A stretch of 64,000 nucleotides of DNA. Origin: Acidobacteriota bacterium. Its GTDB lineage: Bacteria; Zixibacteria; MSB-5A5; GN15; FEB-12. The notes under the pieces are model-generated. The model did no database searches, was not told where the DNA came from, and saw only the letters and a list, made by a program, of their open reading frames with translations. The position numbers and the translations under genes were made by a program. The stretch is from positions 165,401-229,400 of the forward strand of contig DATKXK010000010.1 in assembly GCA_035529075.1 (NCBI GenBank), written 5' to 3'. Positions 46,400 to 55,741 of this stretch are shown piece after piece (position 1 is the stretch's first letter; every line of letters begins with the position of its first letter).

Positions 46400-48113
46400 C
46401 CGCGGCTATCCGGCGCTGGGAGTGGAAGTAGTCCTCGATATTCGACGTTTCCTTGAGCAGTTCTTCTAGGCACAGCGTGCCGTCGCGCAGCTTCTCGAGG
46501 CCCGCCTCGAACAGGGGTGTGTATCCCTGGAGGCGGGCGGTCTCTCGGATTCGGGCGGGGGACGCGTTGTCCAGAATCATCTCGGTAATCTGGGCGGTGA
46601 TATTCACGAACTCGAAAATACCCGTCAGGCCCGTGAATCCGGTCCCCTTACAGTGCGTACAGCCGTTGGTCCGGCGAAAGTCGACTGTGCCGGAGATCTC
46701 GCCTATCCCGGCGCGATTGAGCAGGGTGTCCGACGGCTGGTAGCTGACCAGGCACTGCGGGCAGTTTACACGCACCAGACGCTGGGCCAGCACTCCCTTG
46801 AGCGCCGAGGCCAGCAGATAGTTTTCGATGCCCATGTCGATTAGGCGCGTAATTGCCGACGGAGCGTCGTTGGTGTGGATGGTGGAGAATACCAGGTGGC
46901 CGGTCAGCGCCGAGCGGATGGCCATCTGGGCCGTCTCGGCGTCGCGAATCTCTCCAATCATGATAATGTCCGGATTCTGTCGCAGGATTGACCGCAAAGT
47001 CGACGGGAACGTCAGGCCGGCCTTTTCATTTATCTGCATCTGATTGATAAGGGGCAGGGAATACTCCACCGGATCTTCGACCGTGATGATGTTCTTCTCG
47101 ATGCTGTTGATAACCCGCAACGTCGCATACAGCGTTGACGTTTTGCCGCTCGAGGTCGGGCCCGATATGAGAATGAGACCCTCCGGCTTGTGGATGACGT
47201 TCTGCCAGGCATTGGTGATGGCGGTGTTGAAGCCGAGATCGCCGAACGTCAGGCTCAGGTTCCGTCGGTCCAGTATTCGTATCACGATCTTTTCGCCGTG
47301 GATGGTCGGCAGGGTGGACACGCGCAGGTCTATGGGCAGGTTGTCCACGGTCGTCATCAGGCGTCCGTCTTGGGGGAGTCGTTGCTCGGACACGTCCATA
47401 TTGGCAGCGACCTTTATGCGCGAGATAATTTCCCTCTGGACCGACTTGGGAGGTGACGCTTCCTCGCGCATGACGCCGTTGATGCGGAAACGGATGCGCA
47501 CCGTGTTTTCGTCCGGTTCAACGTGGATATCGCTGGCCCGCGCCCTGACCGCCTTGGCGATTATCAGGCTGACCAGCTTCATGACCGGCGTTTCCACTTC
47601 GGTCGACCCGTCGCGGTCGGCCGCCTTGGCGCCGATCAGGTTCTGGTTCTCACTTTCGGTCTCCATGATTTCGCCCAGAGAATCGGCCACCGAGTAATAC
47701 TGGTTGATAGCTTCTTTGATTTCGGTGGTGGTGGCGATGGCGCGCTTGATTTCGGCGCCGGTGAGGTAGCGGATTTCCTCGAGGGCCAGGATGTTAAGCG
47801 GGTCAGCCATGGCGAGCGTGAGGGTGTTGCCGATGGCGAAAATCGGGATGAGCGTGTACCGGCGGGCCACCTCGACGGGCAGGCGCTGGATAACGTTCGG
47901 GTCGATAACCATCATTTTGAGCGAGACGCGGGGAATTGACAGGCGTTCCGAGGCGCACTCAGTCACCTGCTCCTCGGTTACGTACTGCTTTTCGACGAGG
48001 ATTTCTCCCAGGCGTTTGTCGGTGGTTTGTTGTGCCTGGAGACTCTCTTTGAGCTGTTGCGGCGTGATATAGCCGCGTTCTACGAGCAGGTCACCGATTT
48101 TCTTTCTTGCCAT
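46374..48113 (-). CDS. pilB: type IV pilus assembly ATPase PilB (GspE family)
   Basis: N-terminal MshEN-type domain, Walker A GPTSSGKTST, Asp/His boxes and a tetracysteine CPQC...CTHC motif. A perfect TATAAT (minus strand, 48144-48149) lies upstream. Confidence 0.95.
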   Translation of the reverse strand: MARKKIGDLLVERGYITPQQLKESLQAQQTTDKRLGEILVEKQYVTEEQVTECASERLSIPRVSLKMMVIDPNVIQRLPVEVARRYTLIPIFAIGNTLTLAMADPLNILALEEIRYLTGAEIKRAIATTTEIKEAINQYYSVADSLGEIMETESENQNLIGAKAADRDGSTEVETPVMKLVSLIIAKAVRARASDIHVEPDENTVRIRFRINGVMREEASPPKSVQREIISRIKVAANMDVSEQRLPQDGRLMTTVDNLPIDLRVSTLPTIHGEKIVIRILDRRNLSLTFGDLGFNTAITNAWQNVIHKPEGLILISGPTSSGKTSTLYATLRVINSIEKNIITVEDPVEYSLPLINQMQINEKAGLTFPSTLRSILRQNPDIIMIGEIRDAETAQMAIRSALTGHLVFSTIHTNDAPSAITRLIDMGIENYLLASALKGVLAQRLVRVNCPQCLVSYQPSDTLLNRAGIGEISGTVDFRRTNGCTHCKGTGFTGLTGIFEFVNITAQITEMILDNASPARIRETARLQGYTPLFEAGLEKLRDGTLCLEELLKETSNIEDYFHSQRRIAAGEPNARPV

Positions 48114-48275
48114 GGCGCGAGTTTCTACGGTTTATTCGGAGTCATTATATTGTCGGCGTTTTCAGATTTTTCCTTGAGACGGGCGCGTCCATGCCGGCCA
48201 ACCGAGAGGATACAGACGCTGGGCCATTTGACGGGCGAGTTGGCAGATGCCGGAAGTATACACCCCTTGTTCCTC

Positions 48276-49901
48276 ATGAGGGCGGCGGCCGGGGCGGCAG
48301 TCCTTCTGGCGCTTGCCCTTTTCGGGCCCGCCGGGGCGTCGGGTGGAACCAGTGACGGCGGCACCTGGACCGGCTGGGGCGATCCTGCGGCCCAGGGGAA
48401 AATCATCGACAGCATCATCATTGACAACCGGAACATCAATGACTATTCCGGCTCCGGTCTGAACGGTTTCCTGTCCAGCACCGCCAACCGCCTGCATTAC
48501 GTTACCCGGGCCAGTGTGATAAGGAGGGAACTGCTCTTTGCGGTCGGAGAGCCGTATTCTCTGGAGGCAGCCAAGGAGACGGCCCGCAATCTCCGGACGC
48601 GGCTGGCCTTCAACGACGCCCGGATAGAAACCAGGCCGACCCGGCCCGGACACATCGCTGTGAGGGTCGTCACGCGTGATCAATGGAGCCTGCTGGGCAG
48701 CTTCCGGATTGAACGGGAGGGCAACGAGACCGACTACGAAATGGGTCTGGAAGAGCGGAATTTCCTCGGCTACAACCAGTTCCTGGCGTTCGACTACTTT
48801 TTCCAGGAAAACGACGAGGACTACCTGAGGGTGCGGTTTGCCAACACGAGGTTCTGGGGCAAACCGCTGCAAATCAGCGCCGTCTACGACGACGACCCCA
48901 GGAACGAAATTCGCAGCGTCTCGATAGGGCGGCCGTTCTATGACCTCCGGCAGCACTTTTCCCTGATGTTCGGCGTGGCTGACAACGGGGGCAGGAGTGA
49001 CGTGTACCGGGACACCCTTAGAATAGCCGAGTGGCAGCGACAGGTTGACGTCGCGTCGACGCAGATGTACTATCGATGGGGTGGCTATCACCAGAAAGCG
49101 GAGCTGGGGCTGGACTACGATTACGTTTATCAAACGACGTCCGACCGGGTCCTTCTGGCTCCTGCCTACGCCTCCGACGTGGTGTTTCCGGACGATTCAG
49201 TTTACCACAGGATTCAGCTTTCGGCGGGTCTGATGGATCGCGACTTCATCGTCGTCAACCGCATCAACGGCTTTTACTATCCTGAAGACATCACCGTCGA
49301 ACAGTCGGTCAGGCTGAGCTACGCCCGGGCGTTTGCTCCTGGCTTCAGCGGCTACTTGTACGACGGGTTCACCCTGGACGGTCTATTTGTGCGGAGATTT
49401 GGATCCAGTATTGTAAGGCTGGGTTACATTCGCTCGTTCTGGTTCAAGGGTGACCGCAATATCCGGCAGACATCCAGTTTTGTGGCGGCGGCGTACAACA
49501 CGCATTTCCCCTTTGTTACGGGCGTTTTTCGTGGCCTTTATCGCTCGGACTGGCGCGATGATCCGGCCGCCGGCGTGGTCCTGGGCGGCAAGAGCGGTCT
49601 GCGCGGTTTCGATACCTATTTCTCAACCGGAGATCGGCTGCTGCTGTTCAACTTCGCGGGACGATTCTACCCTGGAGTGGAGATCCTTTCGGTACTGATC
49701 GGGGGAGTGGTCTTTCTTGACCTCGGGCGGACCTGGGACGTCGGCGAGCCGTTCAGGTTCAGGGACTTCCACCGCAGTGCCGGTCTCGGCCTGCGGGTAT
49801 CCATGGAGCGATATACGAAAACGGAGTTGATCAGGATAGATTTTGCCTATGGACAGGACAATCGCTGGCAACTGGCTTTCGGGACCGGTCAGTATTTTTA
49901 G
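48276..49901 (+). CDS. Omp85/BamA-family outer-membrane protein with a POTRA-like N-terminal domain
   Basis: Track ORF 48027..49901 begins inside pilB on the other strand. The ATG at 48276 gives the signal MRAAAGAAVLLALALFGPAGA. POTRA-like IIDSIIIDN...V.RASVIRRELLF..GEPYS. A GGKSGLRGF motif lies in the barrel. Confidence 0.7.
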   Translation: MRAAAGAAVLLALALFGPAGASGGTSDGGTWTGWGDPAAQGKIIDSIIIDNRNINDYSGSGLNGFLSSTANRLHYVTRASVIRRELLFAVGEPYSLEAAKETARNLRTRLAFNDARIETRPTRPGHIAVRVVTRDQWSLLGSFRIEREGNETDYEMGLEERNFLGYNQFLAFDYFFQENDEDYLRVRFANTRFWGKPLQISAVYDDDPRNEIRSVSIGRPFYDLRQHFSLMFGVADNGGRSDVYRDTLRIAEWQRQVDVASTQMYYRWGGYHQKAELGLDYDYVYQTTSDRVLLAPAYASDVVFPDDSVYHRIQLSAGLMDRDFIVVNRINGFYYPEDITVEQSVRLSYARAFAPGFSGYLYDGFTLDGLFVRRFGSSIVRLGYIRSFWFKGDRNIRQTSSFVAAAYNTHFPFVTGVFRGLYRSDWRDDPAAGVVLGGKSGLRGFDTYFSTGDRLLLFNFAGRFYPGVEILSVLIGGVVFLDLGRTWDVGEPFRFRDFHRSAGLGLRVSMERYTKTELIRIDFAYGQDNRWQLAFGTGQYF

Positions 49902-49930
49902 CAAGCGGGGCCGTTGGGCCGCAATTTTGC

Positions 49931-49958
49931 TTGACAACCTGTTGGCGTGCAATATATT
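49931..49958 (+). promoter_or_regulatory. near-consensus sigma-70 promoter
   Basis: TTGACA-N16-TATATT, about 245 nt upstream of the next start codon (50204). Confidence 0.5.
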
Positions 49959-50047
49959 AGAAGTGTACTTGCAGGTTTCGCCCGGCTGCTTGAAGGCCAT
50001 TCGTAAAATCCACGCCCCCGGGTATTGCGGGCAACGCTCAAGCAATG

Positions 50048-50070
50048 GGCCGGAGGCCGGTCTTATTTTT
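50048..50070 (+). terminator. short terminator/attenuator-like hairpin inside the long leader
   Basis: GGCCGG-AGG-CCGGTC (6 bp including one G-U) followed by TTATTTTT. Confidence 0.3.
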
Positions 50071-50203
50071 GGTACTTGCACGTTTAGCGCGGAACCGCGG
50101 AACTGCTCGTGTATGTTAGAGTATCAGTGAGCAGATCATTGGTTCGAGATCTGTTCGGAGGGGCCGATACACAGGGTAGCGGCAAAACACAACCGGAGTT
50201 GGA

Positions 50204-52225
50204 ATGACACTGAGACATCTTTTTTGCGCCATTGCTTTGAGCACGGCCCTCGCGGCACCAGTGACACCGGTGCAAGCCGGGGAGGGCGGGCCCGCCGATC
50301 GCCTCGCGGCTATTGCGGCCGACTACGAGAAGGGAACTATCAGCCTGGACGAGAAGGCGATATTGCAGATCACCGCCATCACCGATCCGTCGCAACTCCC
50401 GCCGGAATACAGGGACCTGGACGTCACCGGCGGCAGGCCGGACCTGCGCGGCGCGACCCTGGTCATTCTCGAAATCCGGCGCAACTGGGATCAGCTTTCA
50501 CCAGCGGCGCAGTCGATTGTCTCGGCAGCCCTCGACCGGCCGATCAGAGCGTTTACGTTCGATTCTCCCTCCGGCTTCTTCAAACTGCACTACGATACGG
50601 AGGGTGCACAGGCCGTGCCCACGGCGGACAATGACGGTGACGGGGTCCCGGACTACATCGAGCGGTGCGCGTCGTACTGCGATACGACGCTTCAGAAGCA
50701 CGTGGAGCTTGGCTATCTTCTGCCTCCGGCGGACACCGAAGGTGGTGATGACAAATACGACGTGTACTTTAAAGAGATGGGTTACTACGGGTACACGGTC
50801 GGCGAGGCCGACGGTCCGGAGCCGTGGGACGACCTTGTCAGCTATATCGTCGTGCATCGGAATTTCATCGGTTTTCCTCCCAACACCGACCCCGAGGGCA
50901 ACCAGGCGGGCGCCGCGAAGGTGACCGTGGCGCACGAATTCCACCATGCCGTTCAGTATGCTTACAACGGCTGGGCGTCGGGATGGTTCATGGAGGTGGA
51001 CGCGACGTACATGGAAGACATCGTGTTCGACAACACCAACGACAACCTCAACTATCTCCCGGAATTCTTCGATTACCCGGGATCGTCACTGATGGAATTC
51101 TCCATGCACTCGTACGCGTCCTTCATATGGGGGCTGTACGTAGCGCAGCGATTTGACACGTCACTGATGGTCTCGACATGGGAGGGTGCCCGGTACGATG
51201 ATGTTTTCCAGGCTCTCTCCGATTCCCTCCAGGCCAACTATGGCTGGACGGCGGACTCGGCGTTCGGGGAATTCGCCACCTGGAATTACATCACCGGCTA
51301 TCGGGACGACGGGCTGCACCACGAAGAGGCGTCCACGTATCCGCTGATGGCCATCGGGGCTACCCACAGTTCGTATCCCATGTACATGCAAACCTCGCCG
51401 ACGCCTTCGGAAGGCTACAGCGCGTGCTATATTCGGTTCCTTCCCGGTACGTTCGAGGGTAATCTGCGCATCGAGTTCGACGGTGCCAACAGTCGGGACT
51501 GGGCGGCGTACATCATCAAGTCACTGGCCGACGACCAGCACGAGGTCGAGAAAATGGTCCTGGATCCGTCCACCGAGGCCGGGACAATCGACGTGTATGA
51601 TTTCGATTCGTATCAGACCGTGACCCTCGTCGGCGTGAACGTGTCGGAGTACTCATTGCAGGAATCGTTCCTTTACAGGGCGGAGCTGTTCGGCGACTTT
51701 GCCTGTTCCTCGGTGGTGCTGACCACCGACGGCGCGGTGTATTCAGGCGCCGCCCGCGATTTTGAGTACCAGGTATACAACACTGCTCCCGTGAACGACG
51801 TATTCGACATCATATCCTGGGACGAGGCCGGCTGGATCACGCCCGATACCGTCGACCGGTTCGTGTCGGCTGGAGACAGCGTAGTCGTGCCGATTCCCGT
51901 TCATCCGCCGATGGGTACACCGCTGGGCCAGAGTTCCACTCTGCACTTCAAAGTCGTGTCGAAAAACGACCCTAACGTGTTCCACCAGCAGGATCTCCTG
52001 GCCATCACCAGCCTTCAGCGCGGCGACGTGAATTTCGACGGCTTGGTGGACGTGGGCGACCTGACGTATCTCATCAGATACCTGTTCATATCCGGCCCGG
52101 ATCCCGTGCCGGTCGCCCAGGCGGGCGACTTCGACTGCCTGGGTGACGTGGACGTGGGGGATCTCACGGCCATGATTCGGTACTTGTTCGTGGACGGCAC
52201 GCCGTGCCCGTGTAACCCCTTCTGA
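50204..52225 (+). CDS. secreted HExxH metalloprotease-like protein with a C-terminal dockerin-type double repeat
   Basis: Signal MTLRHLFCAIALSTALAAPVTPVQA. Zinc motif VAHEFHHAVQ (nt 50933-50947). The C-terminus GDVNFDGLVDVGDLTYLIRYLF ... GDFDCLGDVDVGDLTAMIRYLF (nt ~52013-52222) is a two-segment dockerin pattern. Confidence 0.8.
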   Translation: MTLRHLFCAIALSTALAAPVTPVQAGEGGPADRLAAIAADYEKGTISLDEKAILQITAITDPSQLPPEYRDLDVTGGRPDLRGATLVILEIRRNWDQLSPAAQSIVSAALDRPIRAFTFDSPSGFFKLHYDTEGAQAVPTADNDGDGVPDYIERCASYCDTTLQKHVELGYLLPPADTEGGDDKYDVYFKEMGYYGYTVGEADGPEPWDDLVSYIVVHRNFIGFPPNTDPEGNQAGAAKVTVAHEFHHAVQYAYNGWASGWFMEVDATYMEDIVFDNTNDNLNYLPEFFDYPGSSLMEFSMHSYASFIWGLYVAQRFDTSLMVSTWEGARYDDVFQALSDSLQANYGWTADSAFGEFATWNYITGYRDDGLHHEEASTYPLMAIGATHSSYPMYMQTSPTPSEGYSACYIRFLPGTFEGNLRIEFDGANSRDWAAYIIKSLADDQHEVEKMVLDPSTEAGTIDVYDFDSYQTVTLVGVNVSEYSLQESFLYRAELFGDFACSSVVLTTDGAVYSGAARDFEYQVYNTAPVNDVFDIISWDEAGWITPDTVDRFVSAGDSVVVPIPVHPPMGTPLGQSSTLHFKVVSKNDPNVFHQQDLLAITSLQRGDVNFDGLVDVGDLTYLIRYLFISGPDPVPVAQAGDFDCLGDVDVGDLTAMIRYLFVDGTPCPCNPF

Positions 52226-52252
52226 CTCCGCAAGTACGCGCAGTTTTTTTAC

Positions 52253-52281
52253 TTGACAGGCTCTGCCGTCGGGCCTATTTA
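52253..52281 (+). promoter_or_regulatory. sigma-70-type promoter candidate
   Basis: TTGACA-N17-TATTTA, about 75 nt upstream of the ATG at 52357. Confidence 0.45.
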
Positions 52282-52356
52282 TAGCAGAATAATCTACAGA
52301 GTATCGTTGGCGGAAACATCAAGGACGATGTTTCCCGGCGGTAGAGAGGGGATGCA

Positions 52357-52563
52357 ATGCAGAGCGGATTTGAACCGCGTGTTCTTATCTGTAGTGAGTG
52401 CAAGGAAGAGTTCGTATTCACTGCGGCCGCCCAAGAGTACTTTGCCGAACGGGGGTACACCGAGGATCCCAAGCGCTGTAAGTCCTGTCACATGAAGTAT
52501 AAGAAGCTGCAGCGCAGCCAGCAGAACCACAGCAGCTTCTCGCCCTTAGACGCAAAGTACTAA
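52357..52563 (+). CDS. small zinc-ribbon protein (CxxC...CxxC, zf-trcl-like)
   Basis: 68 aa. ICSECKEEFVFTAAAQEYFAERGYTEDPKRCKSCH matches the widespread probable zinc-ribbon family pattern C..C...F.F.....F....G...P.RC..C. Confidence 0.7.
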   Translation: MQSGFEPRVLICSECKEEFVFTAAAQEYFAERGYTEDPKRCKSCHMKYKKLQRSQQNHSSFSPLDAKY

Positions 52564-52583
52564 CACAGTTACTCTATTCTCGG

Positions 52584-52613
52584 AAAAAGCCCGGACTTCC
52601 GACCGGGCCTTTT
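52584..52613. terminator. terminator-like hairpin between convergent genes
   Basis: AAAAAGCCCGG-ACTTCCGA-CCGGGCCTTTT. Confidence 0.5.
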
Positions 52614-52670
52614 CCGTCGGGGTGGGTCCTCACGAGGAGTCACTCTGATTCCGAGGGTAAGGAGTGATGG

Positions 52671-54425
52671 CTACCTGACCAGCACCATCTTCTTGGTCCT
52701 GGTTGTTTCTCCGACTGTCAGCTTATAGAAGTAGATGCCGGACGAAAATTCGCTACCCTGTGCGTCGGTTGCGTCCCACTGAACGGTCGTGATCCCGGGT
52801 TCCGTGTCCCCGTCATAGAGCGTCATGATCTTCTGTCCCAGGACGTTGTATACGTTCAACTGCGCCCTGGTCCCGGGATCGGTGGAGAACTCAATTGTCG
52901 TCGTCGGGTTGAACGGGTTCGGGTAGTTCTGCGCAAGCTCGACGGAAATGGGGATCTGGTCTTCCTCCTCGCCGCCTATGCCGGCTGTGGAGCTGACGAT
53001 CAAGTCGGCAAACATCGTGGCGCCCGAGGGGGAAATGTTGTTCACGGCAGTGATGGAACTGCCCCCGGTATACGAATCCGTGTTCGGGAGCGTCCCGGCG
53101 TTGAACGAGGTACGGTTGGACGAGCCGGGGAAGGGATCACCGTTGTCGCCCGCATCGCCGTAGAGGTCCGACTGTTCCAGTTCGTACAGGCCGTCGGCCT
53201 GCTCAAGTGCCACAAGGTAATGCTCGGACGGCAGTTGCCCGGGCCACCATTCCTGGGTGTTCCCGGGTTTGGTCGAATCGACGTGCCAGATCAGCAGACC
53301 GTCCGACGGCAGGTAGGTGTCGTAGCCCACGCGCTGCCGGTTCTCGACCAGGAAATACTCGCCGGGACGACTGTCGACAATCTTTAGCCGGTATATGGTG
53401 CCCCCGTTCTCGACGGCAGTCATGGCTTCACCAACCCGGTTGGACGTTAGGTCCACGGTGGTGGCGAGCCCCATCCTGACGCGGCTGTAGGCCGACGGAT
53501 GGGCGGGCGAGCCGCCCAGTCCGAGGGGGCCGTTCCAGCTTCCAAAGGACATCAGGCCCCAGTTGCCGATGCCGTTCGAGGAGTAATCCGTATCGTACAG
53601 GTCGGGCAGGCCGAACCCGTGACACAACTCGTGGGCGTAGACGCCGATGGTCATGTCTCCCGGGGAAAGCCAGAACTCCGGCTGGACCGTGTACGTGTAC
53701 ACGTATACACCGTCCTTCGGGCGTGGGCTGGGTAAGGACCACTTGTGCGAGTGCATGTCGTCATTGGAGTCGGAAATTTCAGCTCCCGTGCCGGCGTGAA
53801 TCACCAGCAGCACATCCACGTAGCCGTCGCCGTCGTTGTCGTACGGGCTGAAATCAACCATCGGGTCAACCAGGTTGATCAGATCGTCGACCAGTCCCTG
53901 CGAGTTGTTCGGGTAGCTGGTCGGGCCAACGCCTCTCTCGCCGTTCACGTAGTAAGCATACGTCTGCGGTGCGCGGCTCCAGCCGACCGTCGACGGCAGA
54001 TTGACGGTCACGAGGTCAATCTGACCGTACGAGATCTCGTCGAAGTAATCTCGAACGGTGTTGGCGACGGAGTCGTAGACGAGCGAGTCGAAGAAGGTTG
54101 TTGCCACGGAGGCCGCGTTGTCGGAGAAATCGACCAGGAGCGCCAGCACTCTGAAACTCGCGGCGTCCGGGGAGAGGCCGGCCCGGCCGGGATTTCTCAG
54201 GAATTTCAGGAAAAAGTCATCGGGAGCACAGACGCCCGCGGCCCGCGCGTCCTTCATGATGGAAAGGCCGGCCTGGAATGCATCTGCGCGCTCACCCGCC
54301 TTTTCCACGATGCTGGGGTGGGGGGGCATGGCGGCCAGGGTACCGGCGAGCACAGCTGTGGCGGCAAGCACCGTGATCCACAGGTATCTCCTTCCGGCAT
54401 ATTTATAGCGGTGTGCGGTCGTCAT
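52671..54425 (-). CDS. M6-family (immune inhibitor A-like) metalloprotease with a T9SS C-terminal sorting domain
   Basis: HELCHGFGLPDLYD zinc motif, VLLVIHAGTGAE, and the C-terminal YPNPFNPTTTIEF...VYNVLGQKI...GIYFYKL. Confidence 0.9.
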   Translation of the reverse strand: MTTAHRYKYAGRRYLWITVLAATAVLAGTLAAMPPHPSIVEKAGERADAFQAGLSIMKDARAAGVCAPDDFFLKFLRNPGRAGLSPDAASFRVLALLVDFSDNAASVATTFFDSLVYDSVANTVRDYFDEISYGQIDLVTVNLPSTVGWSRAPQTYAYYVNGERGVGPTSYPNNSQGLVDDLINLVDPMVDFSPYDNDGDGYVDVLLVIHAGTGAEISDSNDDMHSHKWSLPSPRPKDGVYVYTYTVQPEFWLSPGDMTIGVYAHELCHGFGLPDLYDTDYSSNGIGNWGLMSFGSWNGPLGLGGSPAHPSAYSRVRMGLATTVDLTSNRVGEAMTAVENGGTIYRLKIVDSRPGEYFLVENRQRVGYDTYLPSDGLLIWHVDSTKPGNTQEWWPGQLPSEHYLVALEQADGLYELEQSDLYGDAGDNGDPFPGSSNRTSFNAGTLPNTDSYTGGSSITAVNNISPSGATMFADLIVSSTAGIGGEEEDQIPISVELAQNYPNPFNPTTTIEFSTDPGTRAQLNVYNVLGQKIMTLYDGDTEPGITTVQWDATDAQGSEFSSGIYFYKLTVGETTRTKKMVLVR

Positions 54426-54438
54426 GATCGGTCCCCTC

Positions 54439-55677
54439 CTAAAATTGGATGCCGGTTGAGATGGCGAGGTTCAGCCCCTTGGCGGAATACCCCGAGAAGG
54501 CGGTGCCGCTGACGAGGGCGTAGTCAAAATAGAAGGATGCCAGACGGACGCCGGAGCCGAACGAAAAAGCCAGGCTTTTTCCGCCGCCGGCGCTGCAGCC
54601 GGTCCGGACCGGTATAGCCGTGATCGGCCACCATTCGGCCCCCAGGCACAGCCGCGGCCTGGTTGACGCACCGGCGCCCCTGCTCAGGCCCTGTTCCCAG
54701 TCGACCGCCCAGTTCACCGAACGAGATCGCTTAGCCACCCCGACCGTCATGACGGCCGGAAGAGCCGTGGAGAAACTCTCGACGGGTCTGGAGTACTCGT
54801 CCGACACCACGTAGTCTTCATCCACGTTGTCGATGGTCATGGTGTCGAAGGCGAACAGGTACCCGTGCTCCTGGGCGTCCTTGTTCCAACTGATGTGACT
54901 GAGGATGTTCGTGACGGCGATACCGACCGTGTAGCTGTCGTTCAGCTTCAGCGAGGCGCCGACGTCAAAGGCGTACCCGGTGCCGCCCGACGCGGTTCGG
55001 GCGGTCATTCGTCCCTCGCCCTCGAAGCCGGTGGCCTCAGTCGAGATAAGGCCTTCCAGGTCGGTTACTTCTTCGATCGCGATCCCCCGCAAGTACTTGA
55101 CACCGGCGCCGAGCGCCAACTGGCGCGTCCCGGCACTGTACACGGGGGTTCCATAGGAAAAGCCGATCGACACGTAGCTCACGGCTTCCGAGTAGGAGCC
55201 GATGACGTCGATGGTGTCGGCGAAGGCATTGCCGTTCAGGACCAGCTCAAATATGTCCCTGCTCAGGTTGACGTCCGCGGCCCCCACCCCGGTCACGACA
55301 AAGCCGAAATTGCGGTACGTTGCCGAAAGAACCGAGGCCTCGACTTTGCCCGACAACTTCAGCCCCTCGTCCGGAATGCACGAGAGGATGTCATTCTTGT
55401 CGCTGCCGGTGAGAAGGGCGCCCGTGTACTTGTTGTAATCGCCGAGCGTGAAGGCGTTGTTGACGATGCTGGCCCCGAGTCCGAACAGTTCCACGCCGGT
55501 GCGGCGGTAGTCGTTCAGGCCCAGGTTGGCCGGGTTGTGCCGGGAAGCATCGACACCTTCCGCCAGCGCCGAATACGCTCCGGCCATGGCGACGCTTCTT
55601 GCCGAGGACTGTCCGCCGGCGGCAACCGACGCCGTCGCGGTTATCGTCACAAGGACCGCTAGTATCATGTGTTTCAC
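54439..55677 (-). CDS. PorV/PorQ-like outer-membrane beta-barrel protein
   Basis: Track ORF extends to 55758. The GTG at 55677, preceded by AAGGTGG, gives the signal (M)KHMILAVLVTITATASVAAG. The N-terminal SARSVAMAGAYSALAEGVDASRHNPANLGL matches the PorV/PorQ (FadL-like) family opening motif. Confidence 0.65.
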   Translation of the reverse strand: MKHMILAVLVTITATASVAAGGQSSARSVAMAGAYSALAEGVDASRHNPANLGLNDYRRTGVELFGLGASIVNNAFTLGDYNKYTGALLTGSDKNDILSCIPDEGLKLSGKVEASVLSATYRNFGFVVTGVGAADVNLSRDIFELVLNGNAFADTIDVIGSYSEAVSYVSIGFSYGTPVYSAGTRQLALGAGVKYLRGIAIEEVTDLEGLISTEATGFEGEGRMTARTASGGTGYAFDVGASLKLNDSYTVGIAVTNILSHISWNKDAQEHGYLFAFDTMTIDNVDEDYVVSDEYSRPVESFSTALPAVMTVGVAKRSRSVNWAVDWEQGLSRGAGASTRPRLCLGAEWWPITAIPVRTGCSAGGGKSLAFSFGSGVRLASFYFDYALVSGTAFSGYSAKGLNLAISTGIQF

Positions 55678-55741
55678 GGCTGCCACCTTTGTTCTGACAG
55701 TTATCCTGCTGCTTTTCGTGAGCTTTCTCATGACCGCCGCC

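Noticed and set aside
48027-48275. N-terminal extensions of several track ORFs: 48027 for the Omp85 gene, 18894 for prmA, 34615 for the GT4 gene, 41631 for pilQ, 38446 for the ZIP transporter and 57952 for the WYL regulator.
   Set aside because: The extensions overlap the neighbouring gene or a terminator. They lack an SD and delay or destroy the signal peptide or first TM helix. Internal starts with SD motifs or stop/start coupling fit better.
50070-50080. TGGTACTTGCA resembling a compressed sigma-54 promoter.
   Set aside because: GG and GC are separated by only 5 nt. This is incompatible with sigma-54 recognition.
50129-50156. GGTTCGAGATC, a T-loop-like sequence suggesting a tRNA or tmRNA fragment.
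   Set aside because: The hairpin has a 9-bp stem and a 10-nt loop. No acceptor, D or anticodon arms can be drawn around it.
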